DNA of 64,000 nt from Selaginella moellendorffii (Eukaryota > Plantae > Lycopodiophyta): the NCBI RefSeq assembly GCF_000143415.4, contig NW_003314266.1:3813674-3877673 (forward strand), written 5' to 3'. The translations under genes were made by a program, and so were the position numbers. Below are positions 63,717 through 64,000 of this stretch, in pieces (the first letter of the stretch is position 1; each line of letters starts with the position of its first letter). The notes under the pieces were generated by a model, which was not told the DNA's origin, did no database searches, and worked only from the letters and a program-made list of their open reading frames with translations.

Positions 63717-64000
63717 TTTTTCGATTATGGAAAGATTCACTACTCTTTCGTCGCCTTCTTCGTTGACACCGTCCAAAATGCAGGCCAAGCCAAGACACCT
63801 GCCGGCAGAATCGAGGATTTTCTCTCTTGATCTGAAAATGTAGCTCTACAAATGGAGAGGAAGAGTGAAAGATTGCTAGAACTTGAAGATCTTTTCCATG
63901 CTTTCATCATTGCAAAAGTTAGGAGCACAAATCTTTGTGACTTGAGGCTAAAGCCAAGAAAAAAAACAGATTATCTTAGAAAAAACAGTGTGAATATACC

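Overview
Eukaryotic, plant-type DNA, about 90% nested transposable elements. The host gene's 46-60 nt introns suggest a compact genome such as a lycophyte or bryophyte (inference only). Contents: (A) two chromodomain-bearing Ty3/gypsy elements (12651-20161 minus; 32424-49281 plus, the latter with an internal int-3'UTR duplication); (B) two young non-coding LARD-like LTR elements (1-7012 minus; 35335-43049 plus) plus older decayed copies, sharing PBS, PPT, LTR 3' end and promoter core with A; (C) an older tRNA-Ala-primed gypsy family with 174-bp LTRs set in microsatellites; a 370-bp foldback element built from LTR ends; decayed Mutator-like, MITE and Helitron remnants; an intronless B-lectin ORF; and a 10-exon USP-like/RLCK kinase host gene. 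The main candidate novel system is family A. Its integrase is split by two tiny GT-AG introns (47 and 52 nt) that are retained in all three genomic copies, diverge while keeping their splice signals, and gate the catalytic Glu and the GPY/F-chromodomain module. A and its non-coding partner B also share a covarying structured-RNA cassette (GGAG tetraloop hairpin, tandem tRNA-like T-loops/B-boxes, multibranch module) that may be a packaging or export signal for intron-retaining genomic RNA. All coordinates and alignments were read by eye; no searches were run.
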